Part shown: in pieces, positions 1 to 13,329 of the stretch
Numbering within the stretch: position 1 is the first letter of the stretch
Layout: each line of letters begins with the position of its first letter
Source of the DNA: Chiloscyllium plagiosum
Taxonomy: Eukaryota
DNA: 64,000 nt
Assembly (NCBI RefSeq): GCF_004010195.1
Contig: NC_057718.1
Span: forward strand, 100,634,411-100,698,410
Reading direction: 5' to 3'
Notes under the pieces: generated by a model
What the model was told of the DNA's origin: nothing
What the model saw: only the letters and a program-made list of their open reading frames with translations
Database searches by the model: none
Position numbers and translations under genes: made by a program

Positions 1-765
1 TTGCAATTGTACCACTTCCTCTGGCAGCTCATTCTATACATGTACCACCCTCTGCGTGAAAACGTTGCCCCTTAGGTCTGTTCTTTATCTTTCCCCTCTC
101 ATCCTAAACCTACGCCCCCGAGTTCTGGACTCCCCAGGAAAAAAAACTTTGTCTATTTATCCTATCCCTGCCCTTCATGATTTTATAAACATCTATAAGG
201 TTACCCCTCAGCCTCCAGTGCTCCAAGGAAAATAGCTCCAGCCTATTCAACCTTTCCCTATAGCTCAAATCCTCCAACCCTGGCAACATTCTGGTAAATC
301 TTTTCTGAACCCTTTCAAGTTTCACAACATCTTTCTGATAGGAAGGAGACCAGAACTGCATGCAATGTTCCAAAAGTGGCCGAACCAACATGACCTCCCA
401 GCTCCTATACTCAATGCTCTGACCAATAAAGGTAAACATACCAAATGCCTTCTTCACTATCCTATCTACTTGCGGCTCTACTTTCAAGGAACTATGAACC
501 TGCACCCCAAAGTCTCTTTGTTCAGGACTTTACCATTACGTGTATAAGTCATGCTAAGATTTGCTTTCCCAAAATGCAACACTTCGCATTTATCTGAATT
601 AAACTCCATCTGCCACTCCTCAGTCCATTCGCCCATCTGATCAAGGTCCCATTGTAATCTGAGTTAACCTTCCTTGCTGTCCACCACACCTCCAATTTTG
701 GTGTCATTTGCAAATTACTAACTATACTTCTTATGCATACATCCAAATCATTTATATAAATGGTG
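1..765 (-). mobile_element. CR1-clade (HER1-like) LINE, decayed 3' part of ORF2
   Basis: ORF 110..505 contains VRPLLEHCMQFWSP...LERVQKRFTRMLPGL, typical of the CR1 ORF2 C-terminus. Near reverse complement of 36055-36850. Confidence 0.9.
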
Positions 766-2594
766 AAAATGACAAAATTCTCTGTCTCTGTGAAGATTCT
801 TCATGCTCAGAACCCCTATGCGCTGGCTTAGACCCAGCATAAAACATGTCTATACTTGAAGGTATGTGAAAACATTGCCAGCAACTGTCAGTGAGATGAA
901 TGGCAAGCATTGATTCTTCACTCTGAACTGCAAAATCCTGGCAAGAATTAGTGGAACATTGTGGGATGGGTTCAGGATGAAAAGTAGGAACAAAGAGAGT
1001 GGATTTGCTGTGTTCGCATGACCTCCATTTGTTTGTGGTGATGCAGCCTATCGGCAGGCGTTAGTAAAGAAACATGGGTTTTCACATTGCAATTCAAACC
1101 CTATTTTTAAGCAGTGGTTTTCGAACAGTAGCCATCACTGAATCATTTTATTTTGTTTCATAACCACAAATCAAAGGGAAAATCCAGTCCTTTGTCAGCT
1201 TATGAAAACTAAATGCTTCACAGATAATCATCTTTCAAAGGCGACTTGTCCAGGAGAATGAGTAATGAAGCTAATGTTGACCACAGCAGCTGAAGCAATG
1301 ATATGGCAATGTATACATGTTACAGAAAAGCATGCAGTAGGTTGACAAAAATATGCTTTGAAGGGAGACATTCTGGAAACATCCCACGAGATCTTCTGGT
1401 TTTCTTTCATTATAGATGGTACGCAGAGAACCACAAATTATGAAATACATTTTCCAGACGTTTTGTAACTAAACTGATTCCCAAATTTAAAAATCTGAAA
1501 AGACATCCAACTTGGTTTTAAAAAGCATGGTCTATGTAAAAGCAAAACACTCTGAGCATATTCTCAACTGAAAATTAGAATGAGAAATTCACAAGGAACC
1601 AGAGAGAGAGAGAGAGAAAAGGAAGGGTGATTGAAAGTATGGACAGAAAGATGATTTTGGGATAGTATTCATTAGGAGCTTGTGAAGAGTTGAAGGAATT
1701 TAGAGTGGGAGTTATGATAAGGAGGAATAAGGCAGAATTTTCCTGAGGCAAATTGAGACACAATCTCAAGAGGTAAGAATAAGAGCATTGAATAAATCAG
1801 TAGGGGTGTGCATGTTTGGAGGAGGTTGCAGTTTGTCGTTATAAAAAGCAGGGATTTGAAGAAGGGGAAGAAAATCTAATGTTCAAATTTGGTGCACAAC
1901 TAACCACTCTACATTGATGAGTGATTGGAAGTATGGACATGATTTTGAAACCCCCCCCAGAGGTGGTGAGAAATGAAGCCTGAGACACTAATCCCCTTGC
2001 CACTTCAGCAAATAAATTCTGGACAAGAAGGTCCATAGACTACCTTTTCAACTCCGACCAATTAAGGTCCATGTGGTCAACCACCTTCAGGTCTCAACTC
2101 TCCACTGCTCCTATTACCTATCTTCTTGATAGGTGAGAAAAATGACTAGTTTCCAGGGTGGTCTGCCTGTCAATTTGGAGGATGGTGGGGCTTCATTTAC
2201 CCCAATCTCAGGCAGTCAGCAGTAGGGAAGTGGAGCAATGTGGTGGCAGCTGAAAGTTGTCCTTGTTTCCCGATCCTCTGATTTCCTCTCCCTGTGATGT
2301 CTTTTTAAAAAAAAAATCCATTTGCTCGCTTGCTCTGTTTAGTCCTTTATAGCCAAGGCCACCAATGAATCTCAAAACCTGCAGCCTCAGGCAGGGTGGA
2401 AAAGGCAAAGCTTTGGATGATAGGCTTTCCAGTCAGTACTTTTAAGTACCTAATCTGTGCTTGATCTGGTGATATATTTCATACTGATGCAACAGGAAGT
2501 TATTTGCGCTTAAAATTGCCCACCCACACTCACTGCAGAGCACTATATCCCAGCCTTAGTATGGGATAGAGATGTGTCTGCTGTATTTTGGGTA

Positions 2595-3498
2595 TGTTAA
2601 GATCATCTGTTTTACTTTTCTCACTTTTGGTCTGAAACAGACAGCTGAAGTTGAGAAATGAACTGATCAGTAGCTTCTTTTGGAAAGGAGAGAGTAAACA
2701 AACTGATATTTGCTAATGGAAGGATATTGCTGGATAATTATTGTTCTAAGAACATTGCAGATGTTTTGGCACCAATATGTGTTATGCTCAAGGACTGGCA
2801 ATTGGTTGGATATTGCAATGGTCAATCAAGGAGAGGCTGCTGCTGGCCAACTAACACCAGAATGTTGAAAAAGAGAAACCATAGAACTGATTTTAACTGG
2901 GTTTTTGAGCAGAGCGCAGTGTGCTAGAAAGCTACTGGACTAGAAGCTCTGTTTAAGCTCTCTCTCTAGTTTTATGTTCTGTTAAAGAATTGTTGAATGT
3001 TCTTAGAAAGGAATCCCAATTTATAAGAAATAAGTGAATATTCCCCTGAGACTGCTAGAATCTGTTTGCATTAACTAGTGACTTTTGAATTCAAACAAGA
3101 TACAATGTCATGTGACCTTAATACAACCAATCATTGAAAGAATTCTATAAAGACCTGGTATTCATGGTTGAAACAGTTATCAAACTGGCCAGTTACATCT
3201 CTTATAATTTCTTTCTAATTTATTCCATAAATGTGTCTATGTAGGACAGTGGAGATTTGTATTCAAAGATTAGACTTAGATTGTAGTTTCTCTGTGTTCT
3301 GTTAAAGTTATGTTCTTAATAATAAATGGTTGATTATGGTTTAAGTTACAAACTTGGTGTCCAAGATCTGTTATTTGAAAAGTCTGGTTAGGAAAAACTG
3401 AGCAATTTTGAGGGCCATGGAATGCTTTAATTTCAGTGTTGCAAATCCAGTGTTAGTGAGTCTGATTTGGTCTAACTTGCTATCCCTGTGTCATAGCA
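2595..3498. mobile_element. Possible solo LTR remnant
   Basis: Starts TGTTAAGA and ends TCATAGCA (imperfect inverted termini), with an internal AATAAA near 3321. No TSD seen. Confidence 0.25.
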
Positions 3499-3958
3499 TG
3501 CGATATTATGAAACAATGCAGCTCCTTAAATATATCAAATATAGAATAACATTTCAATAAAATATTAATCAAAATGTTCAAAAGTTTGTTTCTTTAAATT
3601 TAAACTACCGTGGTTTCTGAATGAAAATTTTAAACTTGTCAAATTATTTTTGCAAATCTGATCATAAATGAAAAGATAGGGCATAAGAAAATTCATGTTC
3701 CTATTTTACCTTACCTTAAATTTAAATGTTTTTGTGAGTTTAACTTCTGATGTTTGATCTTCAGTTTCTTTTTCCAATTAGCTTTCATTTGGAAACTTTT
3801 CCTTATAGAAAACACCTTTTTAGTGATGCCAAGTGATGATATAAAAGAAATACACCATATATTAGCATGACCAAAGCATATGTGAGCATGAACAATAAAA
3901 AAGAAAACTGGTATACACAACTCTTTAAAGCTTTGAATTTCAGCTATAGTCAGAAGAA

Positions 3959-3964
3959 TTTAAT
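3959..3964 (-). promoter_or_regulatory. Candidate ATTAAA polyadenylation signal for ESF1
   Basis: TTTAAT on +, about 200 nt past the stop codon in an AT-rich 3' UTR. Other candidates exist (AATAAA at about 3219-3224 on -), so the position is uncertain. Confidence 0.25.
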
Positions 3965-4166
3965 TCAATTTTTCGGTTAAAAAATAATTTCAGTTATGAA
4001 TGAAACATGAATTATGGTTTTCCTGTAGGTACACTTAACTCTGGAGATAAGTATTTAAACTTGAACAATCTAGTAAACCTATTTTCAACGATTTTTATGT
4101 ACATTGTTATTGATCAAAATCCATAAGAATTTTCGCAAAAAATAGTATCTGTATACCAAAAAAATT

Positions 4167-4472
4167 CTATTTCACAGTTTTTTGTTTCTTTCGAGCCTGA
4201 AACTGTTCAGTTTTTGCTTTCACCGATTTTACAAGCAAAGAAAGTGCAGGATCTATAGGTTTCTTGATGGCTGTCGTTGTCTCTTCTCCAGTAACATCAC
4301 TTTCTTTCCTTTTGTTCAATGCTACCTGCTTCTGCTGCTCTTGCCTTCGCCTCGACTTTTCTTCCAGGATTGACTGTGTGGCATTAGTCTTCTTAAAACT
4401 AGGATCTGAAGGGTCTAGGTTGAAGAGGTGTGAAGTATATATGGCTTTAAACCTTGGGTCAGCAACATCCAC
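4167..4472 (-). CDS. ESF1: ESF1 last coding exon (NUC153-like motif; ends at TAG)
   Basis: Acceptor AG at 4473-4474. Reads VDVADPRFKAIYTSHLFNLDPSDPSFKKT...IDPALSLLVKSVKAKTEQFQARKKQKTVK*, recognisably the vertebrate ESF1 C-terminus. 306 nt, phase 0. Confidence 0.97.
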   Translation of the reverse strand: MDVADPRFKAIYTSHLFNLDPSDPSFKKTNATQSILEEKSRRRQEQQKQVALNKRKESDVTGEETTTAIKKPIDPALSLLVKSVKAKTEQFQARKKQKTVK

Positions 4473-6619
4473 CTGTAACAAAATTAAAATCTCAAATATA
4501 ACTACTTGCATCGTTGTTGTAGCTGTCCAGTTTTACTGCATGTTCAGTGATTAAATTTTTGGCCACCTCTGAATCTTGCTAGGGATTTCCATATAACAGG
4601 ATTGTGGTATTCAGAATTTCTTTTGTCTCCAAAATGAGAAAGCATTTAACATAAAGGATATTTACTTCTTTTCTTTTACACAGTCACAGTTCATTGTGTC
4701 TGTGTTGGCTCTCTGAAAAAGCTGTTCATGTCCTTTTGAGTTTCTGTCCTTAAAGTTTTCACTTTGCAAACAATTGCCCACTTTTCTGTTAAACGGGTTA
4801 CGAGTTTTATTTCTATCATGTTTGCTTGTTAGTCAGTGAATGCGCTTATAATCCAATGCCTTAAAAAACATTCTCCTCACTTCTCCCATTGTTCCTGTGG
4901 TGACAGCATTGCATAGTTATCCTTATTATCAACAAATTGCTTGATCAAATGCCCCCTAATTTCTCATTTCCCTTCGTAATTAAACTTGTATTCTGCTGCC
5001 ATATAGTAAGGGATTCTGCTAGGCATACTGTCACTACACAGTTAAACAGGAGCATAGGAATAGTAGGACTATTAATCATTAAAACCAGTTCTGTTCAGTT
5101 TGACTGGATAGAGATGGTGTGCAGGGAAATGTGAAAAACACAAGACACTGGCATGAGGTAATATGACTAGTGTAGGCATCATCAGCTGAATGGCTTCTTT
5201 CAGTTGCGTAATAATCTGTGAATATGGCTGATTTGCATTGTACTTCAAATTAATTTAACCATCCTTGTTTAAAATTCTTTGGTATTCTAACCAACAAAAA
5301 TTCTAATTTTTAAGAATTCTATGCTTCTTCTTTTACCCAAAACATTTAATTGTCAATGCTATCAATTTATGAACTTACAGAACAGGCCAAAGGGAGTGTA
5401 TAGGGCAGAAACAAAAAGAAAAGTCAGTGGTCATTACAGCCTCTAATTATCACATCATAAATAAACAATAGGGTAACAGACTCTAACCAGAAATCATTCA
5501 TTTGGTCTTTATTTTCCATGCCTTAAATAGATTATATCTCCCCCAGGTATGGGCCTAGAGACCATTAACCATTCCTTATTTGGTAATGCAGCATTATGGT
5601 GCTCTCGACCAGAGATCAAGAGCTCTATGGACACATTTTAAAACTTAAGGGTCAAATTGAATGTGCACCAGCTTGCTATATTGTCTTGACAGTCTATTCT
5701 AACATGCATTTTGTGATAAAATCTATCCTTCTGTGTTCTGAGCTGGTAGCTGTGGAGACAAAATTAGCTGAAGAATTGTAATAGTCAGAGAATATGATGT
5801 TACAATGATTGCTATATTCAATTCTACCTAGGATCCAGGGTGTGCCCTATTAGGTCACTGAACAATGAGTTTTAGTCATTTGTTGGAGGTGGTTGAAACA
5901 GATGCTTGCGACCTTTGAATACCTAGAAATAGGGGGAAGAGGATCCATCCCAAAAGGTGCTGATGTAGCAAGCTCCCATGTGCAGTTAGAGCTTAGAGAC
6001 GTTCTGGGGGATGGTAGATGCAGTGGGGTTTTTGAAGAAAGCATGGGAGCCATTGCTAATTATAGCTGAGTGTAAGAGTGAAGGAAGCTCACAAGCAATA
6101 TTTGCTTGGTGCAGCTGAGAAATATGGGAGCTCAGAAATCCAGCGATAGTGTCAGTTTATTGAAGATAACTATGAAAATACTGGAATTATACTAGAGTAG
6201 GTGCTGGAGTGCAGTCTTAAGAATCCAGTGGACACAGTCTCAGGAAAAAGATTGAACTACCAGGATGAGCATTCGTTGAGACAGTCTGTGCAGTTGCAGC
6301 TTTTGAGGAAGCCCAAACCTAGTTCTTCGGAAATTAAGAATTCAAACCCCTTATAAATGGGACAAACCTTTAATAAGAATTGATGACCCACAGTGTCACT
6401 AATCTAAGGGGGTTTGTTGAAAGTTCTGTGCAATCTTGTCCTGACCGGCTTTGCTATTTGATATGTTATGTGGAGTTTTGACCATAATTTTTTGGTTCTC
6501 CACATTTACCTCCAATAACTTTAGATGTTTGTTAATAAAATCTATTAATTTTGTTTTACTATTACAACATTATAGAGTAAAGTTTATTCCATTTGTTTGA
6601 AACTGTGGAGTTTTTTTTA

Positions 6620-6795
6620 TTATTCATTCATGGGATTGGGTGTTAACGGCTGGGTCAACATTTTTTTGCTCATGCCTCGTTGCCCTTGAGAAGGTAGTGG
6701 TAAGTTGCCTTGTCATATTACTGCAGTCTATTTGTTGTGGATAGACCCACAATGCCATGAGAGAAGGGGTTCCAGGATTCTGACCCAGCAATGCT
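6620..6795 (-). mobile_element. 3' end of a CR1/L2-group LINE (tail ...CCCATGAATGAATAA)
   Basis: Same tail family as 21075-21210 and the SINEs at 33250 and 60645 (ggccagcatttattgcccatccctaattgccc on +). Confidence 0.65.
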
Positions 6796-6976
6796 TGTGG
6801 CTTTATTATCTAAATAACTATCTGGATTCTCAAACTGTCTACTTTAAACCACAAAAGTGAGTGGTCTCAAACTAATCTCATCAACAATCCGCAGTGAAAT
6901 GTTTATATTTTTTGCCAAATATAAAAACAACACAAGATATTTTATCTTGGTATATTAAATTTTGATCATAAAAGTA

Positions 6977-7292
6977 CAGGTACACAATACTTTATCTGAA
7001 ACGCCCGGGACCAGCTGGTTTTCGGAATTCGGAATTCCTTGAATTCTGAGTAAGTGACAGTATGACAGTGAAATTTTTAAAAATCTTACCGGATAGCAGA
7101 CTCACTGAGTACAAAAGGCCCTGAGTCAGAATTGAAGCCTGCCAGTGCTGGGCTTCACCCACCCACGTTGCATCTGAATGACATACATCGAGTGGGTGTG
7201 GAGTTGGGTTAACTGTTTGCACGCCAAACAACCTTGTTAATGAGAAAACTTCACGAAAACCTTCGGATTTCAGATAAAAGGTTATCTACCTG
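6977..7292. mobile_element. Tigger/pogo-type non-autonomous DNA transposon (MITE), 316 bp
   Basis: TA at 6975-6976 and 7293-7294. Terminal inverted repeats CAGGTAcacaatacTTTATCTGAAA / CAGGTAgataacctTTTATCTGAAA. Confidence 0.85.
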
Positions 7293-7321
7293 TAATTGTG
7301 CACACTGAAATGTTACATTAC

Positions 7322-7471
7322 CTGGAAACTGTCTTCTTCTAGGTATCCCTGCTTTTTAATTAATTTTTTCTTCTTCTTCTTACTAAGATTCTGTTGTTCC
7401 ACTATTTTGTCATAATTGAAATGTCTTCGGTCTTCCTCTTCATCATCCATCATAAGCAAGGCCATTTTTGC
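7322..7471 (-). CDS. ESF1: ESF1 internal coding exon (150 nt, phase 0-0)
   Basis: AG at 7472-7473, GT at 7320-7321. Translates AKMALLMMDDEEEDRRHFNYDKIVEQQNLSKKKKKKLIKKQGYLEEDSFQ. Not in the ORF track. Confidence 0.95.
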
Positions 7472-8429
7472 CTAGTGATGAAGAAATATTTTGTAGTATA
7501 AGTTTACTAATTATTAGAATGAAAATATAATAATGTATAAATTTGCAAAGGCAAAAGAAAAGTGTATATGCTCAAAACTGGAGGCCTAAATATACAGAAA
7601 CTCTCTCAATATTATGCTCCAAATGCCCAGTTGGTCTCCAACTGTTAAATCATACCATCTCTCAAACATTCACATCACGGTTGGCCCTAACTCATGTATT
7701 CTAAAAGATCAAATGGAATTATCCCAGGTCCGCCTGTGATAGGTGCAAATGAGGCACAAAAATGATCATATTCACGCAAGAAATATAAGTCAGAAACGTG
7801 AAAAGTAATGGAATAGAAAGTAGAAAAAGGCAAGAAATGAATAAACAAAGCATGATTTTGAAAGCATATAAAATTGAGTTTCCCAGTGTAAATCTTTCAC
7901 TTGTTAATTTTAGCACTTCAATAGACAAACAGCTTTGATAAAAATCTCAACTGCTTAATGGGCAAAATATGGGCAGGGCAAGCAGTAAGCCACTAGAATT
8001 TTTATAGTCTTTTAAAATAATAAATTCAAAATTGCATCAGAGATCACAAAAAGCTTTGAAAGTGAAATCACTGTTCTCATACATAGCAATATAGTATCAT
8101 AGAAAACCTTTGTTTTAACCAATACTTTTGATAAATCCGCAACAATATACCTGAAATACTGGAAGTTTACAGTATTATTACGATGCCAAGTAGTCAACTG
8201 AGGGTATGAATGAGAAGGCTCCCTGCTGGTTGATTTTATTTTGAGACAACTATTATTTAAGTGATTTTGCTGTAAATAAAGCATAACATTGATGTGTATA
8301 CCCCTGCATTATGTTTCTATTGCTTAGTGTGTATTTTTACATTGATTATGGAGACCTCTTAATCATCTGGAACATTTTATCAACCTGCACACTCCTGGTC
8401 CAATAGGTGTGGTTAATAAAAAGTTTGCT

Positions 8430-8635
8430 GTATTTGCATTCAGCATAATCCCATGAGCCACAATAAGTTAACTGACTAAATAATCAATTTTTGGTAATGT
8501 TGGAAGGTGGTTAAAGGGAAATTGGAAATAAAGCCTGTCTCTTCAAAAGGTGTAACATCTTTTGATGTAAAACTGAGAAGATTTAGCTTCACATCCAAAT
8601 GATAAGGTATCTTACTCAATACATACTATGTAGTT
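8430..8635 (-). mobile_element. Degraded Deu-domain SINE (SacSINE1/AmnSINE1-like)
   Basis: Recognisable but diverged reverse complement of the Deu core also seen at 30560-30885. Called from remembered consensus. Confidence 0.5.
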
Positions 8636-8663
8636 CAAATTTTCAATATGGAGCATTTCTGAC

Positions 8664-8752
8664 CTTTTCCTTTTCTAATTCACCTTCCTCCTCTGGTGTC
8701 AGTTTATCCGTTAACTTTTTGTTCTTTTTGCCCATCTTCTTTTGGTGAAATA
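8664..8752 (-). CDS. ESF1: ESF1 internal coding exon (89 nt, phase 1-0)
   Basis: AG at 8753-8754 with a pyrimidine tract, GT at 8662-8663. Reads (V)FHQKKMGKKNKKLTDKLTPEEEGELEKEK; phases fit both neighbouring exons. Confidence 0.88.
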
Positions 8753-9526
8753 CTGCAAATGAGAAAAAAATAAAAACAGTATGCGAGCTGTTCAATCTTA
8801 CAACTTTGGTTGGCTATTTTTAAACATCACAACGAACTGCAACATGCAGTGAATATTATTGCTAAGCAGGGAAACAATGCAATTACGAGTAAGTTTCAGA
8901 AAATAATATCCAATCCACTGATTGGTATCATTTTAAAAATAATTTTACTGTTTTTGTAATGACATCATTTAGTACCATATGTGTCATTGACAAATATTAA
9001 CATTTATGTGCAGAAAGCATGGCATGTTTTCATTTTGTAACCAACTTGGATGTACTGGATATGAATGCCTATAAATCTGATAATAAAAACAAAAGCATGA
9101 AATAATCCCTCAGCTGTGCTCTACTTTAGAAAGAGGCTTGTACTCTGTTTAAACAGAAAGAACGTTGAATATTATATACATTTACAAATATCTAATCATT
9201 GCCATTCTTGTCAACATAGAAAAATACAAGATATTTTCTGTGATTTTAGGCTCAATGTCACAAGTATGTTAAAATTTACATAAACATAATTTTTAACCGA
9301 CTATTCTGTGAAATTTTAGACATGTTTTAGATAAAGACTCTGCTAATAAGATTTAATTTAAAAACATAGCGGTCACTTTAATTCGTTCCTAAACGGTGGC
9401 TTAGAAGCAGGAGTAATTTCTGTGCGTAAATATTTTAGATGATCTATTTTCTTACTTTGAAGAGAATATAAAGAATGGGTGGGGCTTGTCAGAAATAAGA
9501 TTTAGACTGTATAATCGAAAGAAGGG

Positions 9527-11450
9527 TGACGTCGAACACTTCTGCTGCTGCCTCCGCCTCCAAGCTTACATTTTACATCAAGACTCCCTCCCAACTTCTG
9601 AGGACCCCTCTGCCCGCCTCCAACACACCCCATCCACCTGGACATCCCGTGCCAGTCTGTTACCCACCCTCGACCTCTTTATTTCCAACTGCCGCCAGGA
9701 CATTGACTGCCTCAACCTGTCCATTCCCCTCACCCACTCCAACCTCTCACCCTCACAACACGCAGCCCTCCACTCTCTCTGCTCCAACTCAAACCTCACC
9801 ATCAAACCAGCGGACAAATGGGATGCAGTGGTAGTTTGGCGCACTGACCTCTACACCGCTGAAGCCAGGAGCCAACTTGAACACACCTCCTCCTACCTCC
9901 CCCTCGACCATGATCTTACCTCCCATCACCAAACATAGTCTCCCAGACTGTACACAACCTCATCATCTCAGGGAATCTCCCACCCACAGCTTCCAACCTC
10001 AGTTTGGGAACCCCGCACCACCCGGTTCTACCTCTTACCCACGATCCACAAGCCTGACTACCCCGGCCGACCCATCGTCTTGGCCTACTCCTGCCCCACC
10101 AAATTCACCTCCACATACCTCGATACTGTTCTATCTTCCTTGGAACAGGAATTCCCCACATACATTCGGGACACCAGTCACACTTCCAACTCCTCCAAAC
10201 TTTGATTTCCCTGGCCCCCAACGCCTCATCTTCACCATGGACATCCAGTCCTTATACACTTCCATCAGCCAAGACCAGGGCTTCCAAGCAATCCGTTTCT
10301 TCCTCTCCTGACATCCCCACCAGTACCCTCCCACTGACACTCTAATTCATTTGGCTGAACTAGTCTTCATCCTCAATAATTTCTCCTTCGAATCCTCCCA
10401 CTTCCTCCAGATGAAAGAGGTAGCCATGGGCATCTGCATGGGCCCCAGCTATGCATGTCTCTTAGACTGTTCTATGTAGCTGACAATCTTCTGCAGTTAC
10501 ACCGGCATCAATCCCCACCTTCTCCTCCGCTACACTGATGACTGCATGGCGCCACCTTGTGCTCCCACGAGGACGGTGAACACTTCATTAACCTCACCAT
10601 CATATTCCACCCGACCTTAAATTCACCTGGACCATCTCTTCCTGGACCTCTCCATCTCTATCAACAGTGACCGATTCAACACTGACATTTTCTACAAACC
10701 CACCGACTCCCACAGCTCCTTGATTACACCTCCTCCCACCCTGCCTCCTGCAAAAATGCTATCCCTTATTTCCAATTCCTCCACTGCATCTGCTCCCTGG
10801 AGGACCAGTTCCACCACAGAACATACCAGATGGCCCCCTTCTTTAAAGAATGCAATTTCCCCTCCCACACGGTTGATGATGCCCTTCAGTGCATCTCATT
10901 CACTTCCTGCATCTCCGCCCTCGAACTCCACCCTCCAACCGTAACAAGGACGGAACTCCCCTGGTCCTCACCTTCCACCCACCAACATCTGTATACACTG
11001 CATCGTCCTCTGCCATTTCCGCCACCTACAAACGGACCCCACCATGAGAGACATATTTCCCTCCCCACCCCATCCGCATTCCGTAAAGACTGTTCCCTCC
11101 GCGACTTCCTCATCAGGTCCACGCCCTCCCAAAGTCGCACCCTCCCTTCCCAGCACCTTCCCCTGCCACCACAGGAACTGTAAAACCTGTAACCACACCT
11201 CCATCCAAGGCCCCAAAGAGCCTTCCACATCCATCAAGGTTTCACCTGCACTTCCACACTTCATTTACTGTATCCGTTGCTCCCGATGCAGTTTAAATTC
11301 CCCGAGACTCCTAGCCTTATTCCTGATGAAGGTCTTTTGCTGAAAACATAGATTTTCCTGCTCCTCAGATGCTGCCTGACCTACTGTGCTTTTCCAGCAC
11401 CACACTCTCGACTCTAATCTTTAGCACCTGCATTCCTCACTTTCGCCTAG
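9527..11450 (+). mobile_element. Penelope-like retroelement remnant (RT, start of GIY-YIG endonuclease, 3' pseudo-LTR)
   Basis: C-rich. Frameshifted motifs IKPADK, PGRPIV, LIFTMDIQSLYTSI, VAMG, RY(T)DD, YKPTD, then CxxxNCKTC...IYCIRCSRC. Ends in the short terminal repeat 11320-11450 with a degenerate CTGATGA...GAAA core. Confidence 0.9.
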
Positions 11451-11591
11451 TTTAAAATATTTGTCTGAACTTTTTTTTTGCCTTTCCACTGGTTCTGAAA
11501 ATGATTGATTTTTAATACTAAAGACAGCAAACTGGCAGAAAAGAATTATCTAGCTGCATATGATCAATGCACGTGTACTTTTCTGATTTAC

Positions 11592-11682
11592 CTGATTGCC
11601 CCAGTTCATCCGTGAAGAAAGAATCATTCAAATCTACATCTGACGGAATGTCATCATCACTCAGCTTCTCGCCAATTTGAAG
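11592..11682 (-). CDS. ESF1: ESF1 internal coding exon (91 nt, phase 0-1)
   Basis: AG at 11683-11684, GT at 11590-11591. Reads LQIGEKLSDDDIPSDVDLNDSFFTDELGQS, matching the conserved PSDVDLND motif. Confidence 0.93.
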
Positions 11683-11904
11683 CTACAAAGAAGTCAGAGC
11701 AGAAAGATAAATGCAATCATTTAAAAATCACTTTCCACCAAAAATCAAGTTTTGGCATGATCTTCATTGTACAATGAGATGATGTCATTCTTGTGTATAA
11801 TGTAAAAATGCAAGCTATCACCCAAAAATAAATCTCTGACTTCTTCCCATTGACAGAATAGATTGCAAGACATGAACAAATCATATTGAGAAACAATTCT
11901 CAAA

Positions 11905-12440
11905 AAGGCCCAGTTCTGGTCTCCCTGTTAATAGGAAGGATATTATTTAGCTGGAGAGGATTCAGAAGAGATTTACCAGGATGTTGCCAGAAATGAGGGT
12001 TTGAGTTATAAAGAGAGGCTGAATAGACTTTTTAACTGGAGCTTAGGAGGTTAAGAGATGACCTTACAGAGATTTACAAAATAATAAGGAGTCTAGATAA
12101 AGTGAATGGCAAGTGTCTTTTCCCAGGGTGGTGGGGAGGTGGAGATTTGAAGACTAAGGGGGCATATTTTTAAGGTAAGAGGAGAAAGATTTTAAAAAGA
12201 CATGAGGGGCATTTTATTTTTTGTTTACACAGAGTGGTTTATGTATGGAATTAACCTCCACAGCAAGTGGTAAATGTGGGTACAGTTATAATGTTTAGAC
12301 ATTTGGATAAATAAGTAAATAAGAAATGAATGGAGATATGAGTCAAGCGCAGGCAGAGGGTGTAGTTTGGGATTATGGTTGGCATGGACTGGTTGGACCA
12401 AAGGACCTGCTTCCACGCTGTATGACTCCATGACTGTGTA
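11905..12440 (+). mobile_element. CR1 LINE 3' fragment
   Basis: cagttctggtctccc...ctggagaggattcagaagagatttaccaggatgttgcc, ending in a (TATGACTC)-type tail. Confidence 0.85.
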
Positions 12441-13329
12441 TCACCTATAAGGAAAGAGGCAAAGAGCAGTTAGCTGCAGGAGCTGCTTTTCCATCTTACA
12501 ATGATGAGTGTTGTCAAACATGCTGACTTTCATCACACACATTTCTAGTATAAAGTATACAAATTGTGACTTTTGACAAACATTTACATCTACAATTACA
12601 AAACCAGACAAGTGCAAAAAGGAATTCATGTTCCCCACTAATTTGGTTGTGGTCCCCTTAACTCTTCCTACATTCACATATATATCAAGTCCTTATTACC
12701 CATGGAGGATAGGGATTATGCATATGCCACGGATAACACAAAACATGGACAGTGCTATAATAGAAATCCCCGACCATAAGGGAACGTGCAATCTGGCGGA
12801 ATCTTTCAGTTAGGGGAAAAAAGCATATGTTTGGGGCTGACTTCAGGATATGTAGATTTGTGGGTAGTGAACCACATATAATGAGGAACTGATGTATTCT
12901 TAATGAGAATGGTTGACAAGTATAATGCGGAAGCTGTTCTGTTTAATATAAATATATAATTGAATATGTTTATGATCAAAATTCCAATTTGGTAGATATT
13001 TTATTTTGTTCTAATAAAATATTCATAACTTGATCTAAAAATTAAAATTGATTGCCATAGTCTTATGTGAGATGGGTTTAGTCAGTAGTAGTCCATTATT
13101 TTTGTCACAGAAAACTGTTGGTTATACTAATTCAAATGCCATAAGATAGCTGAGGCAGGAAGTAGAATAAATGAGAGAGGAGTAAATGAGGTGAGGACCG
13201 TCACAGAGAAGCAGACACACCAATGGTCTGTGTGGGACACAGGAGTGGTGGCAGTAAGATTAAAAGAACAGACAGATCAGCAATGAAGCAGAAGAAAGTG
13301 ATAAGGATTGATTTGTAAGGGGAGCAAAC

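Noticed and set aside
1601..1617. Short microsatellites: (GA)n here, (TA)n at about 18344, (GT)n at about 60155
   Set aside because: These are ordinary short tandem repeats with no further structure.
5850..6610. Possible LTR remnant
   Set aside because: It has LTR-like composition and an AATAAA, but no definable TG…CA ends or TSD.
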